From Candidatus Bathyarchaeota archaeon (GTDB lineage: Archaea; Thermoproteota; Bathyarchaeia; Bathyarchaeales; Bathycorpusculaceae), in contig CAWAKC010000010.1 in NCBI GenBank assembly GCA_963782525.1, positions 64,001 through 128,000 on the forward strand: DNA of 64,000 nucleotides, read 5' to 3'. Both the position numbers and the translations under genes were made by a program. Under the pieces are notes generated by a model that saw nothing but the letters and a program-made list of their open reading frames with translations, made no database searches and had not been told where the DNA came from. Below, piece after piece: positions 50,123-60,606 of the stretch. Each line of letters starts with the position of its first letter. The first letter of the stretch is position 1.

Positions 50123-51054
50123 GTTTCGTAGCCGTCCTCGATTTTTTTGGTAGATTTAGCAACTGTCCAGACAGTGTGATTCTTCTTTAATGCTAAATCA
50201 AAAATTGCCAGAGTATTAACCAACCCTTCGATGAAAATGACCACAGACAATTTTATGGTGTCACGGGGGCGTTCTTTTATTTCTTCTTTGAGAACGTTGA
50301 AGCTTTTCGCCGGATCTTTGAGCATCATGTTCTCAACTGTTTTAGGATAGTCATTTGTGCATTGTTTCACGCGAAAATGGCCGTATACTACTCGGCGCCT
50401 TTGTCGAATATAATCGGAGATGTTGGTTGGAGCTTTGATGTATACTTTGGCTTCGTCACAGTACTTTACTTTGTTGCCCTTCATCGAAGCTTCAACTGAT
50501 ATGTATGCGTCGTCGTTTACCACGTCGATTGGGATTTTCTCTACAACGCCGTGTCTGAGAACCATGAATTCTCCAGAAGCATGGTTACCCAAATTCAAAT
50601 CGTCCAGGTACTTTAGTGTCCTATTGTGTATTCGCCACATCAAGTGACTCATGTAACCAGAAAATCCATCTTCAGTATTAGTCGGCACTGGACTTCCGCC
50701 CAATACGCCTATGCGGGAGTCCTCAGAAATTTTCTTAACCATAAAAGATAATGTTTCCTTGGCTGGAATAACATCTGCAGGTATCAGGAAAACATACTCG
50801 CCTTTGTGATTTTCAAGAATCTTGTTAATTGCAGAGGATTTTCCAACGCGTTCTTCTTCAATTATTAGGCGTATTCGTTTGTCTTTTTCTGCGAATCGCT
50901 TTACAACTTGGGGTGTTGAATCAGTGCAGCCAGAACATACAACTAAGATTTCGCTGTCTTCGTTGAGGTTTTGCTCTGTGAGCAAGTTATTTAGCAGGGA
51001 CCCAATATTTTGCTGCTCATTATAGGCACAAATGCCGATGCTGATTTTAGTCAA
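50119..51054 (-). CDS. GT2 glycosyltransferase
   Basis: ICAYNE, CTDST, GKSSAIN, NDD, RQRRR. Confidence 0.9.
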   Translation of the reverse strand: MTKISIGICAYNEQQNIGSLLNNLLTEQNLNEDSEILVVCSGCTDSTPQVVKRFAEKDKRIRLIIEEERVGKSSAINKILENHKGEYVFLIPADVIPAKETLSFMVKKISEDSRIGVLGGSPVPTNTEDGFSGYMSHLMWRIHNRTLKYLDDLNLGNHASGEFMVLRHGVVEKIPIDVVNDDAYISVEASMKGNKVKYCDEAKVYIKAPTNISDYIRQRRRVVYGHFRVKQCTNDYPKTVENMMLKDPAKSFNVLKEEIKERPRDTIKLSVVIFIEGLVNTLAIFDLALKKNHTVWTVAKSTKKIEDGYET

Positions 51055-51784
51055 CTTTTACCCTCCTGAAACTGAGAGAAACCATCGCTACAGCAAAACT
51101 GAATGTTTCTTTGGTTCCCAGTTTTGATTTGGCTTCTTTGCGTTCATTGAAGGTTATGGGGACCTCTTTTACTTTGAATCCAAACTTAGCTGCAAGGTAC
51201 AGAATCTTAATTTGGAAGGCGTATCCATTCAGTTTAGATTGGGTAATTATTTTTTCGAATGCACCCTTGGAATAAACTCTGAAGCCTGAGGTGACATCTT
51301 TTGGTTTTAATCCGAGGACAGCGCGGGCGAAGCGGTTTGCTCCCCAGCTTATGAGTTTTCGTCGCCAATTCCAGCCGACTATGTTTCCTCCTTGGATGTA
51401 GCTGCTGCCTATGACGATGTCATCTTGGTTTAGGCTTTGGAGTAGCTTTGTTATTTCTTGAGGGTTGTGGCTCATGTCTGCGTCCATTTCAACGATACGC
51501 TCGTATGATGATGCGCTAAAGCCGTCCCTATAGGCCGAACCTAAAACCATCTTACTTGACCTAACTATGAGCTTGGTTTTGGCATAATCTTTGGTGAGTT
51601 GTCTAACCATGCCAGCGGTGCCGTCTGGGCTGTTGTCGTCAATAACAACGACTTCAAAGGTAAAACCTGTCAGGTTCTTGTTAATCGATTCGATTAGATC
51701 TGTAATGTTATTTTTTTCCATGTACGTTGGAACTAGTACGCTGACTGTTTGCAAACTTTTAGCGGGCGGTATCCTACCTAACAT
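51047..51784 (-). CDS. Polyprenol-phosphate mannose synthase (DPM1-like GT2)
   Basis: PTY.E, IDDNSPDGT, MDADMSH, DVTSGFR, EVPITF.ER. Confidence 0.9.
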   Translation of the reverse strand: MLGRIPPAKSLQTVSVLVPTYMEKNNITDLIESINKNLTGFTFEVVVIDDNSPDGTAGMVRQLTKDYAKTKLIVRSSKMVLGSAYRDGFSASSYERIVEMDADMSHNPQEITKLLQSLNQDDIVIGSSYIQGGNIVGWNWRRKLISWGANRFARAVLGLKPKDVTSGFRVYSKGAFEKIITQSKLNGYAFQIKILYLAAKFGFKVKEVPITFNERKEAKSKLGTKETFSFAVAMVSLSFRRVKVD

Positions 51785-52337
51785 GGTATTTTCCTCATTC
51801 TTTGAGTGCCAAAAGATTAGAACTGCATATTGATTGGTAGAGATGTCTCTTGGAATCATCATCTGGCACAGTAACTACTGCTTGATAGTCTGCTTTGTAC
51901 TTTCCAATTCTCCTCTAAAGACAACCAACTTAGCGCTTAATAGGTAAATCATTTGGCAAGTTAGTGTTGTTGTCATGTTATATATAAAATCTATTCCTAG
52001 AGACAATATTGTACATTACCCAAAATTTTATCTTTTTGTTTTTCATCTCCGTCCAATTTTTTTATGAAAACCTTAATGATTCAATTAGGGTTAATTTACG
52101 AATTAATTTTAGAGTCTATTGATGAGCTATTCCTTAGAGTCAATTAGCCCTGATCCGCACAAACTTTTTTCGACAACTCTTTGATCAAACCGACGTTTAT
52201 CTTGTAAACACAACGGCAGATACCCATTGGAACCAAGAGGAAATTTGAACGGTGCTTTCCTTTAAAAAATAGATATATTAATGCAAAAAATAAATAGCAT
52301 AACCAAGTTAGAGCTCAACATTAACGAGGCATATACT

Positions 52338-53621
52338 TTGAAGTTAATCTTCGTTGCAATAGATGGAATGGGAGATTTGCCGATTAAATCTTTAGGCAAC
52401 AAAACACCCCTTGAAGTTGCAGAAACTCCAAATTTGGATGCGCTTGCAAAAACAGGTAAGATTGGTTTGATGTACTCCGTGAAGAAGGGTGTGGCGCCTG
52501 AGAGTGATGTGGCGGTTATTTCGCTTTTAGGTTATGACCCATTCAAGTACAGCACAGGCAGAGGAGTTATTGAAGCTGCGGGTGCAGGCTTGAAGATGAA
52601 GGATGGCGATTTAGCCTTACGATGCAACTTTGCCACGTTGGGTGAGGGAAAAAATATTCTTGACCGGCGTGTAGCCCGTAGCTTAACCACCGAAGAAGCT
52701 ACTGAACTCAGCAAAGCAGTCAACAAAGGAATAAAACTTGCGTCATACCCTGCAACCTTCGAGTTCCGCAACACCCTCGGGCACAGGGCAGTATTGCTTA
52801 TAAAAAGTAAAGGTAAGCCTCTTTCAAGCGATATAACCAACAGCGACCCAGCCTACACAATCGTCAACGGCATAGGCGTTGCAAAAGCTGAAGTTGAAAT
52901 GGTGTTGCAAACCTGCGAACCCACCAACAAGACAGAAGCAGCAAAAGTCTCAGCCGACTTGGTAAATGAATTCATAACAAAATCTCATGATCTCTGTGAA
53001 AACCACCCCATAAACGTAAAACGTGCGGCTGAAGGAAAGCTGAAAGCAAACGTTGTTTTAACCCGCGACGCAGGGCATTTGCTTCCAAAATTCTTCAACA
53101 TAAACGAGCATTACCATGTTAACTTCGCCTGTTTAGCAGATATGCATGCAGAACGCGGCATTGCACAGCTTGCGGGTATGGATTCCTCTTTGCTTCCGCC
53201 GCCTTCAGGAAACCTCCAAAAAGACTGCGAATTCAGAGTAAAAGCGTTGCTCGATGCCCTGCCAAAGCATGATTGCTTCTACATTCACCTCAAAGGACCA
53301 GACGAACCTGGACACGACGGCAACTGCACCTTAAAAACTCAGATTATCTCAGCGATTGACAAATACTTCTTTGGACCACTTCTAAAACAGATTTCGCTTA
53401 AAGACAACCTTATCTGTGTAACCACTGACCATGCAACGCCTTGCGCTTTGAAAGTGCACAGTGACACTCCCGTTCCGGTATTGATTTCAGGTGATCACAT
53501 GGGCGATGGAAAAGCAGTCAAGTTCTGTGAGAAAGAATGTGCTAAGGGCAGTCTCGGCACCATCGAGCGTGGATGTGAGTTGATGCCAAAACTTATGAAG
53601 CTAATTAAAAAGCGGGATTAA
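52338..53621 (+). CDS. apgM: Second ApgM-family phosphoglycerate mutase
   Basis: IDGMGD, PESD, LRCNFAT, HLKGPDEPGHDG, DHATP..HS..PVP; TTG start after GAGG. Confidence 0.88.
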   Translation: MKLIFVAIDGMGDLPIKSLGNKTPLEVAETPNLDALAKTGKIGLMYSVKKGVAPESDVAVISLLGYDPFKYSTGRGVIEAAGAGLKMKDGDLALRCNFATLGEGKNILDRRVARSLTTEEATELSKAVNKGIKLASYPATFEFRNTLGHRAVLLIKSKGKPLSSDITNSDPAYTIVNGIGVAKAEVEMVLQTCEPTNKTEAAKVSADLVNEFITKSHDLCENHPINVKRAAEGKLKANVVLTRDAGHLLPKFFNINEHYHVNFACLADMHAERGIAQLAGMDSSLLPPPSGNLQKDCEFRVKALLDALPKHDCFYIHLKGPDEPGHDGNCTLKTQIISAIDKYFFGPLLKQISLKDNLICVTTDHATPCALKVHSDTPVPVLISGDHMGDGKAVKFCEKECAKGSLGTIERGCELMPKLMKLIKKRD

Positions 53622-53698
53622 TTATGTTTCCTAAATTTTTCTTTTAAGCATTTAGAAATAAAAAATAGAGAAAAGGGATTTTTTATCCCTTGTTTGTT

Positions 53699-56273
53699 TT
53701 ATGGTCTTTTCCTAAACATCGATAGTACTACAACAATGAGGACTATAATGATCAGAACGAATAGTCCAGCGATTGCGGGGACAAAGTAGGTGTCAGCGGC
53801 TGATGCGGGCTGCGGTGATGGTGCTGCTGTTGCTGCTAGAGGTAGGTCATATGCCATCGTTGTTTCTGAGGATGAGCTAAAGTACGAGTTTGATCCGCTA
53901 AATGTTGCAGTGATTGTGTATGTGCCTACGCCTGCTGTAAGCATGTTTTGGTCAGCTAAGAAGGCGAATTGACCGTTAGTGTCAGAGTGTGTGTCGCCGA
54001 GGTGAACTTGGTTGCCGTTGGGGTCAGTAGCGTCGATTGACACTGGGACTCCTGTTGCATTCGTGGGTTTTGCCTGTTGCTGGTAGAGGTATTCCATCCA
54101 TTGACTCATGCTTGCGTCTGAGATTGCGGGTGTGCCTGCTGCGGGTACTCCTAAGCTTGTTTGACCTGGTGATTGATCAGTGACTGTGCCCGATATCAAG
54201 ACCTTAGCTGGGTTGTTTATGGCTGGTGCCGTTGTTACGGTTGTTTCTGTTCGTCCTTTGCCAAAACAGTATATCTGGTTGTCGTAACCGTTGAGTGCGA
54301 CCATATAGCCATCGCTGAATCCTGGGAACTGCCACCATCCTTGTTCTCTAAAGATCACTTCTCCAGTCGTTTCATTTAGACACACGACGTATTCTCCTCT
54401 GTATAGCGGAGAGTTAGGAGAGTGCTCGCCTGTTGTAGCATATAATTTTCCGTCAGCAACTGTCATTTCAAGTGTACCTGATAAGCCGCCGAAAGGATAG
54501 TCACCGTATGGGGTTTCAAGTCCGCTGCTTGGACCATTGTATGTCCAAAGATATGCACCTGTTTTTACATTGTAAGCGCTGATGGTTCCGTCGTAGCTAG
54601 TTGTGAACAGAAGATCCGCTTTTGGATCAATGTCACAAGTCATGTCATAGGATGCCCATGCAGTACTGTTTGCTCTTGGCGAAATTTCCCATATTTTTTC
54701 TCCTGTTTTAACGTTGAAGCCAGTCCATTTCTGGTCGCCCCAGGTTGATAATGTCATGACTCCGTCGGCGATGTTTCCTCCGTTAGTGTAAAGGTACATG
54801 TATCCGAACAAGCCAGTTTCGTTTGTCTGCCAGATCATTGCACCCGTGTTTGCATCGTAGCCTGTTAACTCCACTAGGGGTTCAGTTGTATTTAGTTTGT
54901 CGTTATAAGTGACCAAGACGCCATCGTCGTAAGCAAGGTGATATAAAGACTGCGAGGTCGGAGCCGGCATTGATACGTTATACATTATTCCATTTGGCCA
55001 GTTGTATACGGTCGTTGAAGAGGGTCTCCATTCTAAAACACCAGCGCCACTCGTTGAGGCGCCCCCGACAGCTTGTGTTGAATTCCACATAATCAGACGG
55101 TTGTTGCTGAGAATGAACGCAAGTAGATCCCCTTGTGAGTCATATGCGTATGCGCTGCCAGCAATGCTGTTGTTGAATGTAGAAATCAAGTTGCCAGTGG
55201 TCGCGTCCATCATCGCGTACCTTCCAGTTGCGCAGTTCCAAAGATATGCCTAGTGCGCCGTTTTGGTTTCCCGTTTCGTATAGTAGTGTTTGACCTAGAG
55301 TAAGCCCGTTGACAGTGTATAATTGACCACCAGCCGTGGTGGAGGTGTTGTTTTGGAACCAAATTGTTTGGCCAGTGCGTAGGTCAACAGCATAGTATCC
55401 GTAAGCAGGTGGGGTTTGTTTGCTGTAGTACAGAATTCCGTTGATGATGATGGGTGTAAAGTAGACTTCGTAAGACTGCCCAGTATAGTAGGTATTCTCG
55501 CCTAAACCACCAGCTACAGTTCCTCCACTCGTAATCGGCTTTGTCCATACTATGTGGCCTGAATTAGGCGCAAGTCCATTAGGCTGGTATCGATTAGTTG
55601 CTGGTGAGCTGGGTGATGCTACACCGCCAGAATTACCCGTTGCTAATAGCCAGTCTCCACCGTATGAAGCCCATTCCTTGTTGAGAGCGTTTATCGGTCT
55701 AGTCCAGTAATCGGTTGGAAGTGGCGCAGATGGATAGGCTGCAAGTGGTTCTTGCTGCACAGTGAACGTTGCCACGTTGCTTAAGGATGGTTGATAGTAG
55801 AGGTTTATGACTCCGACGTTAGTTGCAGGCCAAGCGGTTGTGGAGCGTGGAGTGTCGTTTATCCATTGTCCAGGGAAATAGAACTGAACTTTGTATGTGC
55901 CCAATTCTGTTGGATTGAAAAGAATGTAGGCGTTGCTGATAGGGTCGGCTGTGTATGGTCCCATGGTTTGGTTTTTGCCGTCTGGATCTGTGATTGTTAG
56001 CGTATAGCCCTTGAAGAGGTCACCTATGTTATTTGTGGCTGAACTGACGCCGCTGCCGTTTGCGTTCATCGATATTTCTGTCATAAACATGACAATTTCG
56101 ACTGATTGCCCTAAACCTGGATTGGGTGAACTGATAGCTACCCAAGCGTGTGTTGGAACGGAAGTTGTGAATAATGCGTTTGCGTTTGGAGTTAGTAATG
56201 CTGCGGATGAAGAGATTGCTAATATTAGAATCAGAGCGATTGCAATTTTTTTGTTTTTATCTTCTATTTTCAT
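53699..56273 (-). pseudogene. Large PQQ-like beta-propeller surface protein with one frameshift (about 55249)
   Basis: ORFs 55140..56339 and 53699..55213 join after removing one G (CTA GGCA TAT CTT TGG). Paralog of 31888..34689. Confidence 0.85.
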
Positions 56274-56378
56274 TTTTTTTCCTTTCCTAAAATTATTTTT
56301 TGGATGAGGCAAATTTATTTTTTTGGGAAAATGCCGCATCCTAGCAGTTCCAACGTAAGTGATGTATTTAAGGGGGTG

Positions 56379-56397
56379 TTGGTGGGATTTCCACCAA
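56379..56397. promoter_or_regulatory. Palindromic operator TTGGTGG-N5-CCACCAA
   Basis: 7-5-7 inverted repeat just upstream of the minus-strand TTAAATA box (56365-56371) of the beta-propeller gene. Confidence 0.55.
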
Positions 56398-56474
56398 TTG
56401 CCTGAGTGGTTTTTTAGTATTTCATAAGTGAACTTTCAAAAATTATAAATAATAAAAAAAATAAATTTAGATTA

Positions 56475-58274
56475 ATGGCGGCAAATTCAAGTTTGCACAG
56501 AGAAGAGAATATTAAAACTTTAGTTAGTCTGGGAATTAATGGTACACAAGCAAAAATTTGTTTAGCGCTTGCTCGGATTGGGGCGTCTACAATAAGTGAA
56601 CTCGCAGATGCTGCTGGGGTTGCTCGCCCGGACACCTATCGTGCAGTGGTTGAGCTCGAGAAAAAAGGGTTACTCGAGAAGATTGTATCGGCTCCAGCAC
56701 GGTATGAGCTTCTTCCTTTACCAGAAGTTTTATCCATACTGACAGAGCGGAAAGAAAAAGAAAATCGAGAATTACATGAAAAAACAGCCAACTTACTCAA
56801 GGAATATGAAAACTTGACAGATAAGCAATCTGTCGGCGGGTGTCAATTTGTTTTGGTTCCAAGCGGAAGGGCTTTTTCAAATCGTTTGCAAAAACTGATT
56901 GAAATCTCTCAAAAAAGCATCTGCATCATTACAATTCAAAAGACACTCGCGCAATTTCTTGATTTAGTACTAGTAAAAAATAGGGTGACAATCGGGAAGG
57001 AAGTACATGTCAGAATAATAACTGAAAAACATAGAAATAATTCTTTAACAAAAAGAATTTTTGGTCTGCAACAAGAGATCCATTTGGAAACAAGGTTCCT
57101 CGATATTATGCCCCCCTTCTCGTTGGTTACTTTCGACGAAAAAGAAATTCTTCTCTCAACACAAACTAAAAACAGAGATGATAGCTTCGTAGTCTACTCA
57201 AACAACGTCAGCTTAGTAGAATTGTCGCAGAGCCACTTTAACGACTCATGGTTCTCAGCAGACGAACCTCCTGGTTTAACTTTTAAACGGACCAAACTAC
57301 AATTTGACTATTTATGTGCAAACATGCTTAACGGCTTTGCCTACTGTAAAATGATATTCAAGAACGGGAAGCCGACAGATTTTATTTATCTCCAAATTAA
57401 CGAGGCTTTCGAAAGAATAACTGGACTAAATCGAGGACAAGTCATCGGCAAGGGAGTTTTAAAAGTAATACCTGGAATTGAAGGAGCAAACCCAGAATTA
57501 TTTGAAATATATGGCCGAGTTGCCTGCAGTGGAAAATCAGAAGAACTTGAAGCCTTCGTTAAACCCTTGAACCTCTGGCTGCATCTCTCAATTTACAGTC
57601 CGAAAAAAGGGTATTTCGCTGTAATATTTGAAGACATCACAGAGCGCAAGAAAGCGGAAGAAGAACGCGAAATTATGATTAACTTTCTAAAAATAGCTAA
57701 TTCAACAACCGACACGCGTGATTTGATCAGAGCTACCGTCGATTTTTTCCAGAAAGAATCCTGTTGTGAAGCGGTAGGAATTAGGCTTAAGGAGGGAGAT
57801 GATTATCCGTATTATGAAACGAGGGGTTTTCCCCAAGAACATGTCAGATTAGAAAACAAACTTTGCAAGACAGATGATTCTGGATGTATTGTTAGTGATT
57901 TTAAGGGCGATCCACTCATGGAATGTATGTGTGGAAACGTCATATGCGCACGGTTTGATCCGACAAAAAAGTTCTTCACGAAAAAAGGAAGCTTTTGGGC
58001 AAACGACACAACACGCCTCCTTGCGACCACCACTCCTGCCGACCGCCAAACCAACACCCGCAACCGTTGCAACGGGGAAGGGTACGAATCGGTGGCGCTT
58101 ATTGCTTTGCGCGTTGGGAATCACAAGTTGGGACTGTTACAGTTGAACGATAAGCGGAAGAACATGTTTACGCTTGAAAAAATTGAGATGTGGGAACGAA
58201 TAGCGGATAGTTTAGCACTTGGATTATCCAAAACCATCGCTGAAGAATCCCTCTACAAATACGAGCACATGTGA
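56475..58274 (+). CDS. TrmB wHTH/effector + PAS + GAF regulator
   Basis: TrmB N-terminus (VARPDTYR), PAS (DFIYLQINEAFERITG...FEDITERKKAEE), Cys-rich GAF (GYESVALIAL..LGLLQLND). No kinase domain. Confidence 0.8.
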   Translation: MAANSSLHREENIKTLVSLGINGTQAKICLALARIGASTISELADAAGVARPDTYRAVVELEKKGLLEKIVSAPARYELLPLPEVLSILTERKEKENRELHEKTANLLKEYENLTDKQSVGGCQFVLVPSGRAFSNRLQKLIEISQKSICIITIQKTLAQFLDLVLVKNRVTIGKEVHVRIITEKHRNNSLTKRIFGLQQEIHLETRFLDIMPPFSLVTFDEKEILLSTQTKNRDDSFVVYSNNVSLVELSQSHFNDSWFSADEPPGLTFKRTKLQFDYLCANMLNGFAYCKMIFKNGKPTDFIYLQINEAFERITGLNRGQVIGKGVLKVIPGIEGANPELFEIYGRVACSGKSEELEAFVKPLNLWLHLSIYSPKKGYFAVIFEDITERKKAEEEREIMINFLKIANSTTDTRDLIRATVDFFQKESCCEAVGIRLKEGDDYPYYETRGFPQEHVRLENKLCKTDDSGCIVSDFKGDPLMECMCGNVICARFDPTKKFFTKKGSFWANDTTRLLATTTPADRQTNTRNRCNGEGYESVALIALRVGNHKLGLLQLNDKRKNMFTLEKIEMWERIADSLALGLSKTIAEESLYKYEHM

Positions 58275-58379
58275 CTTCGGTAACCCCTTTGTTTCCCATA
58301 GAAGCACTTGTTGTAGGCACAGTACAGTCACAACTTCTAAAAAACCTGCTTAAACGCTCAATACTCGAGGATAAAAGTT

Positions 58380-58961
58380 ATGAAAATCGCCATCATCGGC
58401 AAAGGCAATGTCGGAACCGCATTATCAAAGGGCCTAAGCAAAGCAGGACACGAAATAAAGTTTGGTCACCGAGACCCCGAAGAACCCGTCGCCGAAGCCG
58501 CCAAATGGGGCGAAGTAATCATACTGGCAGTACCTCACGAAAACGTCAACGACGCCATAAGAGAAATCCAACCGCAGGCCAACGGAAAAATCGTAATCGA
58601 CGTAACGAACGCTATAGGAGAAGATTACGGTTTAGGCATTAGTTGCACAACTTCCACCGCTGAAGAAACCCAGAAAAAACTTCCCAAAGCAAAAGTCGTG
58701 AAAGCATTCAACACCGTTTTCGCTCCAAACCAAAACACAGGGAAAGTTGCTGGCGAACAAATAACTGCTTTCATGGCGGGAAACGACTTGAAAGCTAAAC
58801 AGACGGTGGCACAGTTAACTCGTGACATCGGTTTTGACCCAGTCGATTGCGGACCATTAAAATCAGCGCGTTACCTGGATGCTATGGGGATTTTAATTAT
58901 CAATTTAGCGTATACTCAAAGCATGGGGAACAAGATGGGCTACAAACTGATAAAAGCATAA
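58380..58961 (+). CDS. NADPH-dependent F420 reductase-like dinucleotide-binding oxidoreductase
   Basis: IIGKGNVG, ILAVP, IVIDVTN, VVKAFNT, D.GPL.SAR. Confidence 0.87.
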   Translation: MKIAIIGKGNVGTALSKGLSKAGHEIKFGHRDPEEPVAEAAKWGEVIILAVPHENVNDAIREIQPQANGKIVIDVTNAIGEDYGLGISCTTSTAEETQKKLPKAKVVKAFNTVFAPNQNTGKVAGEQITAFMAGNDLKAKQTVAQLTRDIGFDPVDCGPLKSARYLDAMGILIINLAYTQSMGNKMGYKLIKA

Positions 58962-59259
58962 CAAAAAATCCAAATCTATTGCATGAAAAAGAAGTTGCTG
59001 CTACAAACGATTTTGACATCAACTGTTGCATATATCAAAACTAAAACAAAATTACCGAATCTGCCTTAGCAAGTTAATTGGTTTGAATCAGTAGGAACCA
59101 GAGAAGTTGTTGTTGCAAATGATTCTAAACACTTGTTGCAGCAATCAAATCTAAACTCATTGACATTAATGCATGTTATTTTAGTTTTTTTTGGGACCTT
59201 AACTGCAGTCGGAAGTCTTATATTCTAAGAATACAGATATGAGAATAGGTGATTTTTTT

Positions 59260-59667
59260 ATGGTAGAGAGCAAAACTACTTTTCTTAAGCCTTGTTTGAA
59301 GAAATATCTTATAACTTGGAGCCTCATTTTGGGGCGCGAGGAACTTGAAAAGATATCAAGACGTCCAGATGTTCTGCAAAAAGGGCTCAAATACGTGAAG
59401 AAAACGAGCAGGCAGAGTGCGCTTGAAATCTACCGGATAGGTCAGATGGAGGAAGTGACTCATTTTGAACGAATCTCCCCTCAAGCCACCCCTGCCGCAG
59501 CGCACCCCCGCGGAATAGCAATTGCCCAAGCAACCTCAATAGAGGAAGTGAGAACTATGGTGAACTACTGGGTAGAAGGATTCGGGTTCGGAGGAGTTCC
59601 CGTGAGTAACTATCTTGAATATGACATCAAACCCTTGATTGATATTACCGCAGGAGGCAAACAATAA
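59260..59667 (+). CDS. Hypothetical protein, possibly dimeric alpha/beta-barrel (DUF3303/muconolactone isomerase-like)
   Basis: KYLITW...GIAIAQATSIEEV...LEYDIKPL pattern. GGTGA RBS before ATG59260; TAATG coupling to the next gene. Confidence 0.55.
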   Translation: MVESKTTFLKPCLKKYLITWSLILGREELEKISRRPDVLQKGLKYVKKTSRQSALEIYRIGQMEEVTHFERISPQATPAAAHPRGIAIAQATSIEEVRTMVNYWVEGFGFGGVPVSNYLEYDIKPLIDITAGGKQ

Positions 59668-60599
59668 TGTCAGTTTTCAACGTTGTCGGAGTCGTCAGGT
59701 ATGGGCAAGCTATTCTTCAAGCAGATACGGTAAATTTTGCCTCAAACAGCAAACTGGTGCTAGCACCTTCAGAGAAAAACATGATTCCCCCAAAGTCACT
59801 AACGATAATTGCCAACACCATACAAATCGCAGGCCACGCAGAAATAACATATGACTTTGACGGGTTACCCGGCTTCGATTCAGACACACCCGCACCCCCA
59901 CAAACTGCCACAGTACCAAACGGTTCAAACGGCAGCTCAAGCCCAGGCGAAGGCAGCTACCCCCAAGCAAACAATGGCGGAAACGGACAACCAGGAAAAA
60001 CAGGCATCAAAGGCATCGCCGGTCAAGACGCACCAGAACTAGAAATCTTTGTTGGCAAAGTCGTACAAGTCAACCCAGACGCCATAACCGTGAACTTTAA
60101 AGGACAAGACGGCGGAAAAGGTGGAACCGGCGGCATCGGCGGAAAAGGCGGAGACGGACAGAAAGGCGCTGCATCACAAACCAGCGATTCATGGTATGAT
60201 GGCGACCAATGCGACCGCGAACCAGGACGAGGAGGAAACGGAGGCAAAGGCGGGGACGCCGGTTTTCCAGGCAGAGGCGGCCAAGGAGGAAACGGTGGCA
60301 TAGTCAAAGTCTTTGCAATAAAAGCATCCCTTCCGGCAGTCCAAGGCTGGAAATACATCGTAAACGGAGGCAAAGGAGCTGACCCAGGTGACCCAGGAAA
60401 AGAAGGCGCAGGCGGAGCAGGCGGTCCACAAGGAACCCAAAACGACCCATGCCCCTCAAGACCCGAATACCACGGAACAGACGGACCCCCAGGACAATTA
60501 ATGAATAACGCCGACCCTAACTGGCAGAACACATACAAAGGAAAAGATGGTTTAGACGGGGATGTAGGAACATACGAACTAACAGGAGTACCAAACTAA
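59667..60599 (+). CDS. Glycine-rich (GGxGGxG / GxxG) protein A
   Basis: Tracts such as GGKGGTGGIGGKGGDG alternate with short hydrophobic beta-strands; no signal peptide. Confidence 0.8.
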   Translation: MSVFNVVGVVRYGQAILQADTVNFASNSKLVLAPSEKNMIPPKSLTIIANTIQIAGHAEITYDFDGLPGFDSDTPAPPQTATVPNGSNGSSSPGEGSYPQANNGGNGQPGKTGIKGIAGQDAPELEIFVGKVVQVNPDAITVNFKGQDGGKGGTGGIGGKGGDGQKGAASQTSDSWYDGDQCDREPGRGGNGGKGGDAGFPGRGGQGGNGGIVKVFAIKASLPAVQGWKYIVNGGKGADPGDPGKEGAGGAGGPQGTQNDPCPSRPEYHGTDGPPGQLMNNADPNWQNTYKGKDGLDGDVGTYELTGVPN

Positions 60600-60606
60600 G
60601 GAGGAT

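Noticed and set aside
52070-52155. C/D-box-like motifs and inverted repeat before the second apgM
   Set aside because: Box spacing is atypical, and such matches are expected in AT-rich intergenic DNA.
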